Positions 61,930-64,000 of a DNA stretch of 64,000 nt are shown here, in pieces (position 1 is the first letter of the stretch; every line of letters starts with the position of its first letter). Under the pieces are notes generated by a model. The model was not told where the DNA came from. It ran no database searches and saw only the letters and a program-made list of their open reading frames with translations. The translations under genes were made by a program, and so were the position numbers. Source of the stretch: Centroscyllium fabricii (lineage: Eukaryota); the NCBI GenBank assembly GCA_051313645.2, contig JBNRSN020000022.1, positions 3,844,001 through 3,908,000 of the forward strand, in the 5' to 3' direction.

Positions 61930-62470
61930 GTCCTCTGAAATGCATGCTGTCAGTTCTTGGATAGAGCCATTTCAGTAGTAAACAATACAGGAGATCATCA
62001 TTCCTGATACCCTGATATTAATTGGACAGAAGAGGTAGGTAAAGGGAATAGGGTTCCTACAATATGTACAGGACTCCTTTCTGATCCAGTATGTAAAAAG
62101 CCCAACAAGGGAAGATTCAAATATTGGATCTAGCAATGGGGAATGGACCAGAGCAGATAAAAGTGAAGGGTAGGGGAACATATAGGCAATAGTGGCCATA
62201 ATATAATATACTTTAAAATGATAATTGAGAAGGATTAAGTATGATGAAAACTAGGCTAATATATTGGAGAAAAGCTAATTTTTGAGAAGCTGAGAATAGA
62301 ACTTGGAAATAAAACTGGGCAACTATTGGCAAACAATGATGTAGAATAGCAATGGGAAACATTTAAAATGGTGTTCAAGAGTGCAGGAGAAATATATTCT
62401 GCTAAAAGGAAAGAACAAACTAAACAACAATGAGACGCCATGGATGAATAAAACCATGAGAACAATTGAA
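61930..62470 (+). mobile_element. Old CR1 endonuclease/linker fragment
   Basis: Decayed FL.YVQDSFL.QYV..PTR and PW.NK motifs. Confidence 0.6.
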
Positions 62471-62472
62471 GG

Positions 62473-63296
62473 TAAGAACATAAATAGGATCAGGAACACG
62501 CCACTTGCCCCATCGAGTCTGCTCCGCCATTCAATAAAATCATAGCTGATCTTGGGCTCAAAGACACTTCCCAGCCCACTCCCCATAACCCTTCACTCCC
62601 TTATCTTGCAAAAATGTGTATCTCCACCTTTAAACGTATTTAATGACCTAGCCTCTCTGGGGCAAAGACTGCCACAGATTTACAACCCTCCGAGAAGAAA
62701 TTCCTCCTCATCTCAGTTCAAAATTGGCAACCCTTTATTCTGAAACTATGACCCATAGTTCTAGATTCCCCAACAAGGGGAAACATCCTCTCTGCATCTA
62801 CCTTGTCGAGCCCCCTCAGTATCTTATGTTTCAATAAGATCACCTCTCATTCTGCTCAATTGCAATGAGTATAGGCCCAGCCTGCTCAACCTTTCCTCAT
62901 AAGTCAACCCCCTCATTTCTGGAATTAACCTAGTGAATCATCTCTGAACTGCCTCCAATGTGTGTATATCCTTCCTTAAACAAGGAGACCAAAACTGTAC
63001 ACAGTATTCCAGGTGTGGTCTTGCCAATACCCTGTACAGTTGTAGCAGGACATCCCTGCTTTTATACTCCAATCCCCTTGCAATAAAGGCCAACACTCCA
63101 TTTGCCTTTTTGATTACTTGCTGTACCTGCATGCTAACTTTTTGTGTTTCATGTACAAGGACCCCCAGGGCCCTCTGAACTGTAGCATTTTGTAATCTCT
63201 CTCCATTTAAATAATAGTTTGCTCTCTTATTTTCCTGCCAAAGTGGATAACCTCACACTTTCCAACATTATACTTCATCTGCCAAATGTTTGCCCA
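62473..63296 (-). mobile_element. CR1 3' region
   Basis: KKANGVLAFIARG and RPHLEYCVQFWSP. Confidence 0.88.
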
Positions 63297-64000
63297 TCAA
63301 TTCAATTCAATTCAAATCAAGTTGCTTTATTGGCATGACAAGATACATCCTATGTTGCCAAAGCACAAAAAAGAACATATACAGTTGGACATACAAATGC
63401 ATAACTAGATGTATTGAATGAATAACTATGCATACACATACACATAAAAACCCGCATATAGATCTAATACAGTTGGACATACAAATGCATAACCAGACGT
63501 ATTGAATGAATAACTATGCATACACATACACATAAAATCCCGCAGATAGATCTAAAAAGAACATATACTATTGGACATACAAATGCATAACCAGACGTAT
63601 TGAATGAATAGCTACGCACACACACACATATATACCCGCATATAGAGCTTGTATGCTCTTCCTGGCTTCAATGGTCACTGGTTGTCCCTCTGCTTATGGC
63701 AAGCTGTGACGTAGTCTGCCGCTAATTTTATACAGTCCCTCTGTTCCCCCAATAGGTATGGGAGTTTTTGGTGGTCGTTCAAATTTTTGAATTCAGGGCA
63801 TGTTGTTGCAAATTTTGGGAAGAAATTTCCCCTTATTCCCTGATAGTTGTCGCAAGTTGTGAGGAAGTGCAGCTCTGTCTCCACCACTCCCTGACTCCAG
63901 TGGGAGCACAGCCTTTCCTCTCTGGGCAGCCAAGTCTTTCTGTGTCTGCCTTTTTCGATGGCTAGGCTGTGCTCGCAAAGTCTGTACATTGTCAGGGTTT
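63297..64000 (-). mobile_element. 3' end of a second RTE-X-like LINE copy
   Basis: ORF 63675..63989 is nearly identical to the first copy. AATAAA at 63326-63331, a (TTGAA)n tail, and an approximately 90-bp x3 repeat in the 3' UTR. Confidence 0.9.

Overview
This is vertebrate DNA, most likely from a cartilaginous fish (inferred from the CR1-dominated repeat content and the HE1-type and SacSINE1-type SINEs). It holds one host gene, a complete + strand perilipin (PLIN3-like) with a probable non-coding exon 1 and 7 coding exons at 29427-56785, encoding 432 aa. Bases 1-11000 are a (GATCACACTCCCCCC)-type satellite. Bases 11001-26740 are a stack of nested retroelements: an RTE-X-like LINE split by a solo LTR, a CsRN1-like Gypsy 5' half with a tRNA-Trp PBS, a CR1 5' end, and one Gypsy element inserted into the LTR of another. 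The perilipin introns carry a third Gypsy element, solo LTRs, MITEs, SINEs and CR1 pieces. The most notable observations are: (1) two diverged Gypsy elements have no tRNA PBS; the PBS position is instead a covarying perfect 15-nt complement of their own LTR poly(A) signal, suggesting self-priming and/or poly(A) occlusion, and both have a YLDN RT motif; (2) a QKI promoter, exon 1 and intron-start fragment lies inside a probable hAT-like element; (3) a Penelope-derived palindrome carries two inverted minimal hammerhead ribozymes just upstream of the perilipin promoter; (4) a 5S-derived SINE has a LINE-like tail; (5) a near-consensus PPRE lies in intron 2. Family and clade names come from recalled motifs, not from database searches.
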